64,000 nt of DNA from Eledone cirrhosa (taxonomy: Eukaryota). How positions within the stretch are numbered: the first letter of the stretch is position 1; the number at the start of each line of letters is the position of its first letter. The stretch is from assembly GCA_964016885.1 (NCBI GenBank), contig OZ024740.1:437224001-437288000 (forward strand). Direction: 5' to 3'. The notes below the pieces were generated by a model. That model saw only the letters and a program-made list of their open reading frames with translations. It did not search any database and was not told where the DNA came from. A program made the translations under genes and the position numbers. This document shows, piece after piece, positions 28,049-41,154 of the stretch.

Positions 28049-28290
28049 TTGCGAGGTTTTTTATATGAAATCGTGTGTCGAAACAAGTATTGTTAAACTT
28101 GGGGAGGGTCATATTTGTGTAATATTGCCAGAATTAATAACAGAACACACTCACTGTTTGGTTGGTTTTCGCTTCTCGCTTCTGTGTCTTTTATATCGGT
28201 AATCTAACTTACTCGGTCCTCAATGTTGCCATTGACTGACCGACGGTCAAATATAATACAGATAGAATATAGACACAAACACATATATAT
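28046..28290 (-). mobile_element. pLTR fragment of PLE family I2 (ends in the ORF start MTLPKFNN)
   Basis: Matches 53334-53530 and the inverse of 33650-33843. Confidence 0.72.
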
Positions 28291-28485
28291 ATTTGTTTAG
28301 CAAGATTCTTTATCTGAAATCGTGTGTTGAAACCGATATTGTTATACTTTGGGAGGGTCATGTTGCCAATAAGAAACACACGCACCAGTTGCTTTCACTT
28401 CAATTTATTATATATTTATAAATTTACAAATTTATAAATTTCTGGTTGGTTGGTTGGTTCCACAACCAGATAGTTGTTTATATAT

Positions 28486-28530
28486 AGTCATAGTTCTTTC
28501 GTCACACACTCTGTGACCTCTTCAGTGACT
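28486..28530 (-). ncRNA. HHR in the inverted pLTR of family I
   Basis: Reverse complement of 29611-29655. Confidence 0.72.
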
Positions 28531-29610
28531 GGGGATTTCTTTCTTTGTTTCTGTGCCTCTCCTTTGTTCTGTCCTACGCCATTTTGTTTCTGTGTGTGTG
28601 TTGTGTGCTCAGTCTGCGCATGCGCCACATCCGGGTGTCTGTGTGTGTTTATGTTCATTTATCTATTTGTTTATTTACATGTTGCTGGTTGGTTGTTTGT
28701 TCTATGTGTGTGTGTGTGTTTTCATTTTGTCCTTAATTGTAAGTTGTGATGTTGCTGTTCCACTCATATTTTCTATTTAATTTTGGTTGTAATTCTTTTA
28801 TGTTTATTGCCTCTGTAATTTGTCTAAACATTGCGTCTTTTCTGTGTGTAGATTCTATTTATATTTCTATGTTCTCTAATTTACCCTTGTGTTCTATCTT
28901 AGCATGTTAGTAGAGTACAGATGATTCTTTATTATCTTGAAGGTCCCGCCAGTGTTCATTTATCCGTTCCCCTACACTACGAGCTGTCTCACCTATGTAC
29001 ACTATATTTTTGTCTCTACATTGTCCTTCAGTACATCTTATGCTATACACTACATTTCTAGTTTTACAGTTAATATGGGGGCTTATTTTACAGGTTATAC
29101 ATTTCTTATCTATACATGTGGGTCTTTGAAAAGGGTATGTCTTGCTAATAAGTGTTTTTACGGAGGTACCTGGTCTTTCTACTATCTTAATATTGAGTTT
29201 ATGTTTATTTAGGGCCCTTCTAAATTTGTAAGCTAGTTCGCCTCTAGGGGTTGTATCGATGAACATTACACTCTGGTATTTATTGCTATCATACCATGAG
29301 TTTATTCTATTAGCCTTGTTCCTAGTTCTTTCTATTCTATTCCAAAATTTGCTCCTATACAAGGGGCAGGTCCCATTTATGTCATTATTTACCATTTTTT
29401 CCCATTTGGTTCTGGCTCCTCTATACACTCTGATTCTATCTCTCTGATTGTAGCCAGAGAACTGCATACGGTGGGTGAAGTGTTGTATGTGTCTCTCTAG
29501 TTCTTCGGGGTTGCACATGCGGGACACATTTCTCATCACCCGTACCAAATCCGCAATCAGTATGTTGATTTTGGTATGGTCCGAAATGGCCGAGTTTCGG
29601 TGGAATCCCC

Positions 29611-29655
29611 AGTCACTGAAGAGGTCACAGAGTGTGTGACGAAAGAACTATGACT
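29611..29655 (+). ncRNA. HHR in the 5' pLTR of family I
   Basis: agtca-CTGAAGA-g gtcaca gagtg tgtgac-GAAA-gaac-TA-tgact. Confidence 0.75.
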
Positions 29656-29779
29656 ATATATAAACAACTATCTGGTTGTGGAACCAACCAACCAACCAGA
29701 AATTTATAAATTTGTAAATTTATAAATATATAATAAATTGAAGTGAAAGCAACTGGTGCGTGTGTTTCTTATTGGCAAC

Positions 29780-32700
29780 ATGACCCTCCCAAAGTATAAC
29801 AATATCGGTTTCAACACACGATTTCAGATAAAGAATCTTGCTAAACAAATTCAGAAACGAAATATCGTAAGCCTTAGCCAGGCTAACAAGATACTGAAAA
29901 CCACCATGTTCTGTTGTCTACGAAAAACCATAACATCTCGACAACTACACTTCATAAAGCAGTGTGCCTCATCCAGAATCTACACCAACACCATCAATAC
30001 CGACGTTAGAAGATTACAACTCACCAAAAAACAAGCAGATAGGCTAAAACGAACATTAATTCTAAACATCAAAAAGAAGATCTATAGAGAATTAAGTCAT
30101 CAAGAAAAACATAAGCGTAACCTAATACAAGAAATAGCTAGGATCACCACACCAAGAGAGAAACTAATATTTGTAAGCCTTATACGCCCTTACATTACTC
30201 AAGAATGTGATAAGCACTTTAACAAGAAACTAAAGTGGCTTAAGCAGTTAAAGCTAAATCAGGATACTATAGAGAATACCAATAGATATCCCGACAAAAT
30301 TGACGGTATAAATATGGCCGACACCTCATTAACAGAAGAGTTCAACAATAACAACACGAATATATATGGTAACGCAAGGATAGATAATGACGAGATGTCT
30401 GTGTTATGTTTGCCCCCGAAATTTGCGACATTCAAGAGGGTAAATATGATTAGTTGTCTGTCAGAAATAGAAAAATCATTTACAAAACTACGCTGGAGCA
30501 TCAAAAACAAAAACAAAAACAACAATATACGCACACACATATACAACACACATCCCAACAACAACAGACACACAGACACAAACAACAATAACAACAACAC
30601 ACATATCAACAACAACAACAATAACAACATACCCAGAAACAACAACAACAGACACGCAGACACAAACAACAATAACAATAGCACTAGTACACATAAAGCA
30701 GCAGCCTGGAACTCTCCGTTTTATAATCCCTCCGATAAATCATTCGACCTGCGACGAGTCCACGCCACGACTTTACCATTTAACAAACGCACGCAATTGC
30801 CGTCGCAGGTCGATGAACAAACAGAAGCACAATTTAGTATAGCTAAATCCGAACTTAGAAATATTATAGAACAGTATAGCAAGAAGCATAATAGAATGGA
30901 GGCCCAGCAACTGGCTGAAAAATCTGCAAATGGCTTGCGTAAGCTCATGCAGCGCTCACGTAATGGAGAGATAGCATGCTTTCCAACAGACAAGTCTGGC
31001 AGAATGTCGGTTGACAGCCTGCCAAACTACATCCAGGCAATGCAACCCCACATCACTAACACAAGAGAGGTAACACCACAGGAGCATGAGGATAGAGAAA
31101 AAGCCCTCAATGCCCATATGGTGATGTGGACGAATATAATGCAGCCCAACAAAAGGACTGCCAACAACTTCCAGGCCTGGAACAATGACGTGCCGGCGTT
31201 GTATGGGCTTCGAAAAGACCATAAAACGGGCTGTGACCCTGTCGCGGGACCACCAACACGGCCAGTCTGTGGAGCTAACATTGCTAGTAACTACAGACTG
31301 TCCTACTTCCTCTCCCTGCTCATACGCCCCATCATTGAAATGTCCCCAGATGTATGTGACAGCACGGAGGACCTCCTCAGCAGAATCGGTGTGAGTAACC
31401 GATCTGGGGACCTAACAAACTGCATAATAGGCAGTATGGATGTTGTGTCCCTGTATCCATCTATTGACGTGGATTTTGCTGTGGAGAAATGCGTAGAAAT
31501 GATCAGTGAGAGCAAGGTTGAGTTCCGTGGGATTGATACCAGTGAGCTGGGACTCCTACTTAAGCTTACCTATAGTAATAGTTACCTAGACACATATGAC
31601 CTTAGCAACCTGTGCCCTACAAGACCAGCAAGAGGCAGACCACCTACCATTACCTCAATGGCCAAGAAAACCCACACAGATAGATGGAACGGGTGGACCA
31701 GAGCCATACGGACACCCGAAAACTACAATGAACTGAAGAAAATGATTGCACATGCGGTAGGGGCCAGCATAAAACTAACCCTTAAGGAACATATGTTCAA
31801 ATTTAATGGAAAAACATATGCCCAAGAGGAAGGAGCAGCCATTGGTGTTAGCATTGCAGGCGACATAGCTAACTTATTCATGGTATGGTGGGACAGTAGA
31901 CTTAAACTTAAACTTAAAGAACAATTAGAAGACCCCTTAACCCTGATAATGTACTCCCGCTACGTAGATGATATAAACATCGTAGTTAAGACACCCCCAC
32001 TAGAGAACAGTCAGGAACTAGAGAAAAACACAATGGAAAGCATCCAGCAAATAGCAAACTCCATCCACCAGAGCATTAGAGTTACTATAGACTACCCAAG
32101 TAAACACCCCAACCATCGATTACCTGTACTAGACACAGAGCTCTGGTTAGATACCATTAACAACAAAAAACAAATCCTCCATTCCCATTATGCCAAACCC
32201 ATGACTTCCAAACATCTGATCCACCGAAACTCGGCCATTTCGGACCATACCAAAATCAACATACTGATTGCGGATTTGGTACGGGTGATGAGAAATGTGT
32301 CCCGCATGTGCAACCCCGAAGAACTAGAGAGACACATACAACACTTCATCCACCGTATGCAGTTCTCTGGCTACAATCAGAGAGATAGAATCAGAGTGTA
32401 TAGAGGAGCCAGAACCAAATGGGAAAAAATGGTAAATAATGACATAAATGGGACCTGCCCCTTGTATAGGAGCAAATTTTGGAATAGAATAGAAAGAACT
32501 AGGAACAAGGCTAATAGAATAAACTCATGGTATGATAGCAATAAATACCAGAGTGTAATGTTCATCGATACAACCCCTAGAGGCGAACTAGCTTACAAAT
32601 TTAGAAGGGCCCTAAATAAACATAAACTCAATATTAAGATAGTAGAAAGACCAGGTACCTCCGTAAAAACACTTATTAGCAAGACATACCCTTTTCAAAG

Positions 32701-32917
32701 ACCCTCATGTATAGATAAGAAATGTATAACCTGTAAAATAAGCCCCCATATTAACTGTAAAACTAGAAATGTAGTGTATAGCATAAGATGTACTGAAGGA
32801 CAATGTAGAGACAAAAATATAGTGTACATAGGTGAGACAGCTCGTAGTGTAGGGGAACGGATAAATGAACACTGGCGGGACCTTCAAGATAATAAAGAAT
32901 CATCTGTACTCTACTAA
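29780..32917 (+). CDS. PLE RT + GIY-YIG polyprotein (endonuclease cut short by TAA; homology continues to ~33070)
   Basis: [69 protein letters not shown]. Confidence 0.88.
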   Translation: MTLPKYNNIGFNTRFQIKNLAKQIQKRNIVSLSQANKILKTTMFCCLRKTITSRQLHFIKQCASSRIYTNTINTDVRRLQLTKKQADRLKRTLILNIKKKIYRELSHQEKHKRNLIQEIARITTPREKLIFVSLIRPYITQECDKHFNKKLKWLKQLKLNQDTIENTNRYPDKIDGINMADTSLTEEFNNNNTNIYGNARIDNDEMSVLCLPPKFATFKRVNMISCLSEIEKSFTKLRWSIKNKNKNNNIRTHIYNTHPNNNRHTDTNNNNNNTHINNNNNNNIPRNNNNRHADTNNNNNSTSTHKAAAWNSPFYNPSDKSFDLRRVHATTLPFNKRTQLPSQVDEQTEAQFSIAKSELRNIIEQYSKKHNRMEAQQLAEKSANGLRKLMQRSRNGEIACFPTDKSGRMSVDSLPNYIQAMQPHITNTREVTPQEHEDREKALNAHMVMWTNIMQPNKRTANNFQAWNNDVPALYGLRKDHKTGCDPVAGPPTRPVCGANIASNYRLSYFLSLLIRPIIEMSPDVCDSTEDLLSRIGVSNRSGDLTNCIIGSMDVVSLYPSIDVDFAVEKCVEMISESKVEFRGIDTSELGLLLKLTYSNSYLDTYDLSNLCPTRPARGRPPTITSMAKKTHTDRWNGWTRAIRTPENYNELKKMIAHAVGASIKLTLKEHMFKFNGKTYAQEEGAAIGVSIAGDIANLFMVWWDSRLKLKLKEQLEDPLTLIMYSRYVDDINIVVKTPPLENSQELEKNTMESIQQIANSIHQSIRVTIDYPSKHPNHRLPVLDTELWLDTINNKKQILHSHYAKPMTSKHLIHRNSAISDHTKINILIADLVRVMRNVSRMCNPEELERHIQHFIHRMQFSGYNQRDRIRVYRGARTKWEKMVNNDINGTCPLYRSKFWNRIERTRNKANRINSWYDSNKYQSVMFIDTTPRGELAYKFRRALNKHKLNIKIVERPGTSVKTLISKTYPFQRPSCIDKKCITCKISPHINCKTRNVVYSIRCTEGQCRDKNIVYIGETARSVGERINEHWRDLQDNKESSVLY

Positions 32918-33293
32918 CATGCTAAGATAGAACACAAGGGTAAATTAGAGAACATAGAAATATAAATAGAATCTACACACAGAAAAGACGCAATGTTTAG
33001 ACAAATTACAGAGGCAATAAACATAAAAGAATTACAACCAAAATTAAATAGAAAATATGAGTGGAACAGCAACATCACAACTTACAATTAAGGACAAAAT
33101 GAAAACACACACACACACATAGAACAAACAACCAACCAGCAACATGTAAATAAACAAATAGATAAATGAACATAAACACACACAGACACCCGGATGTGGC
33201 GCATGCGCAGACTGAGCACACAACACACACACAGAAACAAAATGGCGTAGGACAGAACAAAGGAGAGGCACAGAAACAAAGAAAGAAATCCCC

Positions 33294-33338
33294 AGTCACT
33301 GAAGAGGTCACAGAGTGTGTGACGAAAGAACTATGACT
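33294..33338 (+). ncRNA. HHR in the 3' pLTR of family I
   Basis: Identical to 29611-29655. Confidence 0.75.
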
Positions 33339-33483
33339 ATATATAAACAACTATCTGGTTGTGGAACCAACCAACCAACCAGAAATTTATAAATTTGTAA
33401 ATTTATAAATATATAATAAATTGAAGTGAAAGCAACTGGTGCGTGTGTTTCTTATTGGCAACATGACCCTCCCACATATATAT

Positions 33484-33843
33484 AGTTTATCATAAATCAA
33501 ATAAAATAAACAAACAAGCAAATAAATAAATAAATATATAGACAGACTGAATAATAATGGCGTAGACATATAATACAACAGGAGGAAACGATAACACCAC
33601 TGACGATGTTGCAGATGTGCAACGAAAGATTTATGATAACCTATATATATGTGTTTGTGTCTATATTGTATATGTATTATTTTTGACCGTCGGTCAGTCA
33701 ATGGCAACAGTGAGGACCGAATAAGCTAGATTACCGATATAAAAGACACAGAAGCGAGAAGCGAAAATCAACCAAACAGTGAGTGTGTTCTGTTATTAAT
33801 TCTGGCAATATTACACAAATATGACCCTCCCCAAGTATAACAA
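33484..33843 (+). mobile_element. Solo pLTR of PLE family I2 with HHR core at 33596-33638
   Basis: CTGACGA-t gttgca gatg tgcaac-GAAA-gatt-TA (weak stem I); ends at ATGACCCTCCCCAAGTATAACAAT. Confidence 0.7.
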
Positions 33844-33983
33844 TATATATATATATATATATATATACAAATATATATGTACACAAATATATATATATAC
33901 AAATATATATATATACAAATATATATATATATACAAATATATATGTATATACAAATATATATATATATAGTTTTTTATTGGTA

Positions 33984-34382
33984 TAAGGAAAAGAAAATGC
34001 TGACAAATTGTTCCCAGTGAAAAATATTTTAATTAGGAATAAGTAAAAATTAGTAATTATATTGGTTAGTATTCAGTTTTTGTTTTAAGGTTTATCGGTT
34101 GCGCATTTCTAATGCTTTTAAAAAATAATTTTGAGATAGAGCGCCCGTGATGTTTGCTTTAATCAGATTAGAGCAAACATCACGGGCGCTCTATCTCAAA
34201 ATTATTTTTGAAAAGCATTAGAAATGCGCAACCGGTAAAACTTAAGACCAAACCTGAATACTAACCAATACTATTACTGATTTTTACTTATTCCTAATTA
34301 AACTATTTTTCACTGGGAACAATTTGTCAGCATTTTCTTTTCCTTTTACCAATATATCATAACTCGTGTGTGACACCTCTAT

Positions 34383-34388
<6 letters not shown>
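33984..34388. mobile_element. Palindromic element family A copy 3 (centre 34165)
   Basis: Same centre and tail as copies 1 and 2. Confidence 0.85.
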
Positions 34389-34449
<61 letters not shown>

Positions 34450-34488
34450 AATATATATATATACAAATATATATATATATATACACAA

Positions 34489-34533
<45 letters not shown>

Positions 34534-34638
34534 AATATATATATACATACATATGTATATATATATACAAATATATATATATATATATATATACAAATAT
34601 ATATATATATATATATATACAAATATATATATATGTAT

Positions 34639-34698
<60 letters not shown>

Positions 34699-34701
<3 letters not shown>

Positions 34702-35676
34702 TAAACGGAATAGAAAATGCTGACAAATTGTTCACAGTTGAAAAATGGTTTAATTAGGAATAAAAGAGTATTAGTAATTGTATGGGTTAGTATTCAGTTG
34801 TGGTTTTAAGTTTTTAAGTTTTTACCGGTTGCGCATTTCTAAATGCTTTTCAAAAATAATTTTGAGATAGAGTGTCCGTGTTGTTTGCTCTGATCTGATT
34901 AGTTTTGGGAATTCTACCTGTTTTTATGTTAAAAAAGTGGCTCCAACGTTACTTTGGTGCTGCAAAAATTCTTGTGGTCAAAACAATTTTGATTGGTCGG
35001 TAGAGGTCATGTGAATGTAAAAAATTGATTTTGCGCCAAGACTGTTTTTATGTTAAAAAAGTGACTCCAGCGCTACTTGGTGTTTGCAAAAATTCTTGTG
35101 GTCAAAACAATTTTGATTGGTCGGTAGAGGTCATGTGAATAAAAAATTGGTTTTGCGCCAAGATTGAGAAATGACTCTTTCACAACAAATATGTGTGTGT
35201 GTGTGTGTGTGTGTAGTAGTAGTAAGGTGTTCGATGTTGTGATAATGGTTAGCAGGGATGTGTGTCAAATGGCTATTAAGATAAGTGTGTGTGTGTGGGG
35301 GGGGTGTATAGCAGAGTAATTCGTGGTAGCAGGGATGGTCAGTAAGAATGTGTCTGTAAGCAATGGGGGTATTTTAGCATGTCAAAAGATATTTTTCAGC
35401 TTTTGTCTTATACGGAGAAGTGCGTGTGTGTGTGTATAAGTATCTTTGTATGTTAATGTACGCGTGTGTATGTGTGTGTGTATATATGTGTGTGTGTGTG
35501 TGTGAGAATGTGTGTGTGTGTGTAGGTGGGTGGACCAGTATTTTTTTCCCCCTGGTTAAATGGTGTACATTATTCGATTTTTTCAGTAAAATCGGTTCTC
35601 TTAATAGAACATCAAAAATCTTAACAATAAAAGGTGTGAAATGATATTCACTATATATATATACACATACATATAT

Positions 35677-35759
<83 letters not shown>

Positions 35760-35763
35760 TATA

Positions 35764-35861
<98 letters not shown>

Positions 35862-38685
35862 CATATATATACACATATATTTTTTTGTGTTGCACCATAG
35901 AGCATGTGTGTTTACGTATGTCATTGTGTTTATATGTGGGTAGAGATGTGTGTGCTGATGTAGGTATGTATGTTGACGTGCGTATGTTGTGGGTTCGTCT
36001 TAGGGGGAAGTGTTTAGGCGGGGTCCGTATTTGTTAATGAAGTAAAATTCCTTGCTGATGCGCTGGGTGTGGATGGCATTATCTTTAAATTTGTAGAGGG
36101 GAAAGATTCTGAAGTTGGGATGATTTTGGGCGGCACAGGTATCAATGTGTTCACTCAGTGGTATTTTTCTGTATTCCCGTATTTTAATTTGGGATCTATG
36201 GACAGTCATGCGTTGGCGGAGGCTGTATTTGGTCTGGCCTATGTATTGTTCTCGACAACCTGAGCAAGTTAATACATATATTAGATTTTCCAATGCACAT
36301 GTGAAATTGTGTTTTACTATAAAACGTTGTCCATCTTTGAAATAGAATTCCGAACCCTCTATTAGGTTGATGCAAATGCCACAGTTGGGTCTATCGCATT
36401 TTTTTACTGTGGGTTTCGTTGTTTTGGTTGGCAGTACTTTGGCATGTGTTAGGATGTTTTTCATTGACTTCGATTGTCTTTTGCTCTTTATGATATCGTG
36501 TGTTCGTAGAATTTGGTTCATTCTATGGTCCTTTTTCAACACAGGGATGTTCTGGAGGATGGTGTCAAAGGCCTCATTGTTGAGGGGGTTGTGTGTGGAG
36601 ATGTATGGAAGAGCTTTTAGTTTCGGTTGATTTACTTTAGGGTGTCTCAGGTCCTGGGTACTGAGTTTTAGGGCACGTTGGATTCCATTGTCAATTAGTG
36701 ATGCAGGGTAGTCCCTGCCTATGAGTGTGTCCTTTAGTTCTTGTAGCCGTAAGTAGCAGATGTTTTTATTGGAGACTATAGTACAGATTCTCTTGGCTAA
36801 GTTGTAGGGAATATTAATTTTAACGTGTCTAGGGTGGCAAGAGTTGAAGGGGAGATATTGCTTGGAGTCTGTGGGCTTGTAGTATATGTCTGTTTCTATT
36901 TTTTTGTTATGGATCTTAATGAGGATGTCGAGGAAGAGGAGTTGTTGATGGCTGTATTCCATCGTGAAGTTAATATTCGTGTTGAGCCCATTTATAAGGG
37001 TGTGAAATTCTTTAAGTTTTTCGATGTTTTCGTGCCAAAGGATGAAGCAGTCATCTAGATATCGCTTCCAGTTCCTTTCAATGTGTAAGTGGAGGGTGTT
37101 TCCAAATTTGTTTAGGACTTTAGTGTAGAGGGTGATTTCCAGGTATCCCATGACTAGGTTGGCATAAGTGGGGGCTGTTTTCGTTCCCATAGCGGTCCCA
37201 GATTTCTGCCTGTAGGGTTTGTTATTGAAAACGAAGTAATTGTTCTCCAAGATAAATTTGAGTCCCTCTATCACGAATTCTTTTTTGATGCGTTGTGGGA
37301 GTTCATTGTGGAAATTGTCCAGCCAGAATTGGATAGCTTCTATTCCTAGGTTGTGGGGGATGTTGGAGTATAGGTTGACTACATCGAACGTCACTAGTAA
37401 GGTTTGTTCAGAAAGTGGCATATTAGGGAGGTGATTGAGCATATCTAGGTCGTCCCTTATATAGCTTTTGATGTGTTTGAGGAAGGGTTTGAGAAGGGTA
37501 TCAATGAAGTTGCTAAGGCGGTGCGTTTCGCAAGCGGGGCCTGCTATTATAGGTCTTAATTTGAGATCATTGGGTGAGGGGACATTGATGACTATGTCTG
37601 TGGCTTCCTTGCATCCCTTACTTATTGATTCGCTTTTATGTACTTTAGGGATACCGTAGAAAAGGCTGGATTTACTTGTGAAGTCTGTGATGAAGCTGAA
37701 TTCCTTGTTAGTGAGTCCTTCTTTGTATTGGTTGATTAGAGTTTTTAGGTTTCTCATAATTTTCTGTTGATTGTAGTGTTCAGCCTTTTCGTAGTATGTT
37801 TCGTTTTCTAAAGTGGAGAGCGCTAAGTTGATATAGAATTCTGTCTCCATTAGGACTACTGTACTCCCTTTATCAGCCTCTTTAATTGTAATGGTTCTGT
37901 CGGTTTTTAATCTATTTAATTCTTCCCATTCTTTCTTGTTGAGGTTTGGCTTGTGTTTTTGTCTGTGCAAGTGTTGGTAAGGGAAGTTTGTGATGTGTTC
38001 ACAGAATTCGTCCAGGATTTTATTTCTACCTTTTGAAGGGGTGTAATTGCTTCTATTTCTGGCTAATGATTCATCCTCATTGTACTGGTCGAATAGTTGT
38101 TCACTAAGTCGTAACTTTCTACAGAAGTCTGTGATGTTTTCCTTCATTTCATAGTAGTTAGGACGTAGTGGGGTCGGTATGAATTTAAGACCTTTGGAGA
38201 GTAAGTTGATAAGGTTGGGTGTTGGTTCTGCACTAGTAAGATTGATCATTTTTATTACTATCGGTTTCTCCTCCCTGTCTTGTGTTATTTTGTTTGCCTG
38301 TATCTGTGTGCTGTGTCTAAAAAATGGGTGGGGTAGAGGGGTTGTCTGCTGATGTTAAGTGGTCTCCTGTGTTTGTTATATTCCTTGTTGTTGTAAAATG
38401 TGGTTCGGGTTGGTGGTTGTAGATTGAATGGGGTGTTCCTGTACTGCGAGTATGGGTGTGTGTTTCTATGTGCCATGTTGTATTGTGGTGTTATAAGTGG
38501 CCTACGTTGTTGGTTGTATCGTGTGATGTGGGTTTGTTGTGTATTGTGGAAGCGAGAGTTGAGAAAATGGTAATTACCTTGCTGTACCCTTGAAGCGGGG
38601 AAGTTGTTACATCTATCATGGCGGTGGTATCTTTTCCCTATGTTTGACGATGAGGCATCCGCGTAGTAATTGAGTGATTTGGTGT
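34699..38685 (-). mobile_element. Neptune-like PLE; its 3' terminus is the family A sequence
   Basis: ORF 36000-38249; the 3' UTR is interrupted by TA (35653-35870) and ends in family A with an HHR variant at ~34820-34856. Confidence 0.85.
36000..38249 (-). CDS. PLE RT + GIY-YIG ORF (749 aa, uninterrupted)
   Basis: [86 protein letters not shown]. Confidence 0.92.
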   Translation of the reverse strand: MINLTSAEPTPNLINLLSKGLKFIPTPLRPNYYEMKENITDFCRKLRLSEQLFDQYNEDESLARNRSNYTPSKGRNKILDEFCEHITNFPYQHLHRQKHKPNLNKKEWEELNRLKTDRTITIKEADKGSTVVLMETEFYINLALSTLENETYYEKAEHYNQQKIMRNLKTLINQYKEGLTNKEFSFITDFTSKSSLFYGIPKVHKSESISKGCKEATDIVINVPSPNDLKLRPIIAGPACETHRLSNFIDTLLKPFLKHIKSYIRDDLDMLNHLPNMPLSEQTLLVTFDVVNLYSNIPHNLGIEAIQFWLDNFHNELPQRIKKEFVIEGLKFILENNYFVFNNKPYRQKSGTAMGTKTAPTYANLVMGYLEITLYTKVLNKFGNTLHLHIERNWKRYLDDCFILWHENIEKLKEFHTLINGLNTNINFTMEYSHQQLLFLDILIKIHNKKIETDIYYKPTDSKQYLPFNSCHPRHVKINIPYNLAKRICTIVSNKNICYLRLQELKDTLIGRDYPASLIDNGIQRALKLSTQDLRHPKVNQPKLKALPYISTHNPLNNEAFDTILQNIPVLKKDHRMNQILRTHDIIKSKRQSKSMKNILTHAKVLPTKTTKPTVKKCDRPNCGICINLIEGSEFYFKDGQRFIVKHNFTCALENLIYVLTCSGCREQYIGQTKYSLRQRMTVHRSQIKIREYRKIPLSEHIDTCAAQNHPNFRIFPLYKFKDNAIHTQRISKEFYFINKYGPRLNTSP

Positions 38686-38695
38686 ATATATATAT

Positions 38696-38734
<39 letters not shown>

Positions 38735-38743
38735 AATATATAT

Positions 38744-38940
38744 GAAATAAAGTTAAATAAAAGTCAAATGATTAAAATTTAGCTTCGTTTAATAAACGAA
38801 GCTAAATTTTAATCATTTGACATTTATTTAACTTTATTTTACACTACTCCGGAGTAACCAAACCAACCTGCGCACTTCGTCGAGTGCTCCAGCCTGCATA
38901 CTGAGGTGTTGGTATACAACCAACATAAACTCAAAATCTA
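38744..38940. repeat. Small fold-back element (~47-bp arms, centre ~38792) with unique tail
   Basis: aaataaagttaaata..agcttcgttt aat aaacgaagct..tttaactttatttt. Confidence 0.7.
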
Positions 38941-39028
38941 CAAATATATATATATATATATACAAATATATATATATATATATACAAATATATATAGATA
39001 TATATACAAATATATATATATATATATT

Positions 39029-39112
<84 letters not shown>

Positions 39113-39116
<4 letters not shown>

Positions 39117-39299
39117 AACCAGTAAGACCCCGACAGCTGAGCTCAAGCCGTTTCGACGGCTAATTCTGGAATTAGCCGTCGAAACGACTTGAGCTCAGCT
39201 GTCGGGGTCTTACTGGTTCCTATTACCCACTCTACTACCCCAAGTATTGAGTACTTTGGTGCGTTATGGTCCACCTGGTTCCTTACCACATTTCCTTCG

Positions 39300-39300
<1 letters not shown>
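39113..39300. mobile_element. Fold-back element family F copy
   Basis: Palindrome centred at ~39168; the long arm is the inverse of 25529-25606. Confidence 0.8.
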
Positions 39301-39357
<57 letters not shown>

Positions 39358-39360
<3 letters not shown>

Positions 39361-40323
39361 GAAAATTGAACAGGGACAGAACAGAGAGGCAGTACGATAA
39401 ATGTTTATTAAATTCACGCTCAGGAGAGTGGGGGGTAGGTGGGGGACGACGTTTCGGGCATAAGCCCTTCTTCAGGTGAGAAGTGTGTGGGAACAGAGTT
39501 CAAAAGGTGTGTAGGGGAGTGGTGGAGAGACATATAGCGAAAGGAAACGGTGCGAATGAAAAATTAACAAATAAAGACAAAAAATATAATAAATAAAAAT
39601 AAAGCATGATCAAAATACAAGGAATGAGAAAATTTAAAAATAAAGGCATGATCAAAATAAACTGAAATTAAAGGGGGGGTAAACAGGTGGTGGAAGGGCG
39701 TGGGGTGAGTAGGGGGTGGTGGCGGGTGGAGTGGGGAGAGGGAGACGGGGTTTCCGAGCGGGGAGGGCTGAAGGTGGTGTGTGTGGTTAGATGTGCGTGT
39801 GTGTGTGTGAGTGTGTATGTGAAAGTGAGGGTTGGGGGAAGAACGGGGTTGCATTTCAGGAAGGTGTGTGTGGGGGGTGTTTTTGTGGGTCGGAGTGTCT
39901 GTGCGTGTGTGGATAGGGGGTGGGGGGAGAGGAATCAGGAGGCTGAGGGTGTAAATATGTGGTGGGAAGCACGTGTGTGTGGTTTAAGCGTGTTGTGGGT
40001 GTGGGTGGCGTGTGGATAAAAAAAAATTTTTGTTGGGGTGTGTGTGTGGGTGAGTTATATAGGTGATGGTGTAAGAGGATGGTTGAAAAGTTGGTAAGTT
40101 CCACGGATGTTTGGAGATTTTGGTTAGAAGTCAATTTCGCGTGTGGGTAATCCAAGAAGCGGTGGTCGGAAGAGGAGAGATGTGGGGTGCGCGCGCAACA
40201 GGAAGTGGTCAGCAGTGGGAGTGCTGTGGTCAGTTGGTGCTGAGAGGTGGTCGGAAGGGCATAGCAGCAGTCGGCGGAATGGTAGGGAGGCGAGGATGGG
40301 TAGGTGTGAGAGTGGGAGTGAGG

Positions 40324-40420
<97 letters not shown>

Positions 40421-41101
40421 TAGTAGGGGTGTTAGTGGGATGAGTGAGTGTGGAGCGGGGAGAGAAGGGTGTGTGTGGTTCTATGGAGGGAGTGTGGTGT
40501 ACTGGTGTGTGTGTAGTTTGGTGAAGAGGTGTTAGTGGGTGTTAGTATACGGGAGGTGGGGAGGGGTGGAATGCAGGTGTTAGTGGGGGTAGGGTGTGTA
40601 GAGTTGGTGGTGTACGAGGGTGTGTGGGTACGTGTGCGTGGGGTTGGAGGGTGTTAGTGATGTTAGTTGCGTGTGGGGTGGGTGGTGTAAGTGGGTGCGT
40701 GTGATAAGGAGGGGGAGGGAAGGGGTGTTAGTATGTTAGTTGGGGAAGGGTGGTCAGATGAGGGATGGAGTGGAGGTGTTAGTATTGTTAGTGTGGGGTG
40801 GGCGGTGAAAAGGAGGGGTGCGTTAGTGGTGTTAGTGGGGGATAAGTGTGGGGGGAGGGGGCGGTCGAACGCTAAAGGAATAAGGGTGGGGAGTTCAGGC
40901 CGGGGGGAGTGTGGGTCTGTAAGATGAAGATAGTGCGTTGTTCGACCGTAAGACGATGGGCGGGTGTTCCGTGGTACTGGAGTAGGCCACAGACTGTGAG
41001 ATGGCGTGCGGAGTGTCCAGGGCCACCAAAGAGGCGGGCGATGGGGGAACTGCCCCCGAGACGAATATCCCGGAGGTGCTCCGTGACTCGGTCCGCCAGG
41101 C

Positions 41102-41104
<3 letters not shown>
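39358..41104 (-). mobile_element. 3' fragment of a GC-richer PLE: GIY-YIG C-terminus at ~40860-41102 in a frame absent from the ORF track
   Basis: Hand translation RLADRVTEHLRDIRLGGSSPIARLFGGPGHSARHLTVCGLL..EQRTIFILQTHTPPGLN; HHR-like CTGAAGA-agggc ttat gccc-GAAA-cgtcg-TC at 39445-39476 (stem I unclear). Confidence 0.75.
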
Positions 41105-41146
<42 letters not shown>

Positions 41147-41154
41147 ATATCTAT

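Larger units (their letters stand above)
28291..33473 (+). mobile_element. Full-length PLE (family I): inverted 3' copy (28291-29603), pLTR, ORF, pLTR
   Basis: Direct pLTRs at 29604-29790 and 33288-33473. 28291-29603 is the reverse complement of 32221 through the 3' end/pLTR. This is the classic Penelope inverted-tandem layout. Confidence 0.92.
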
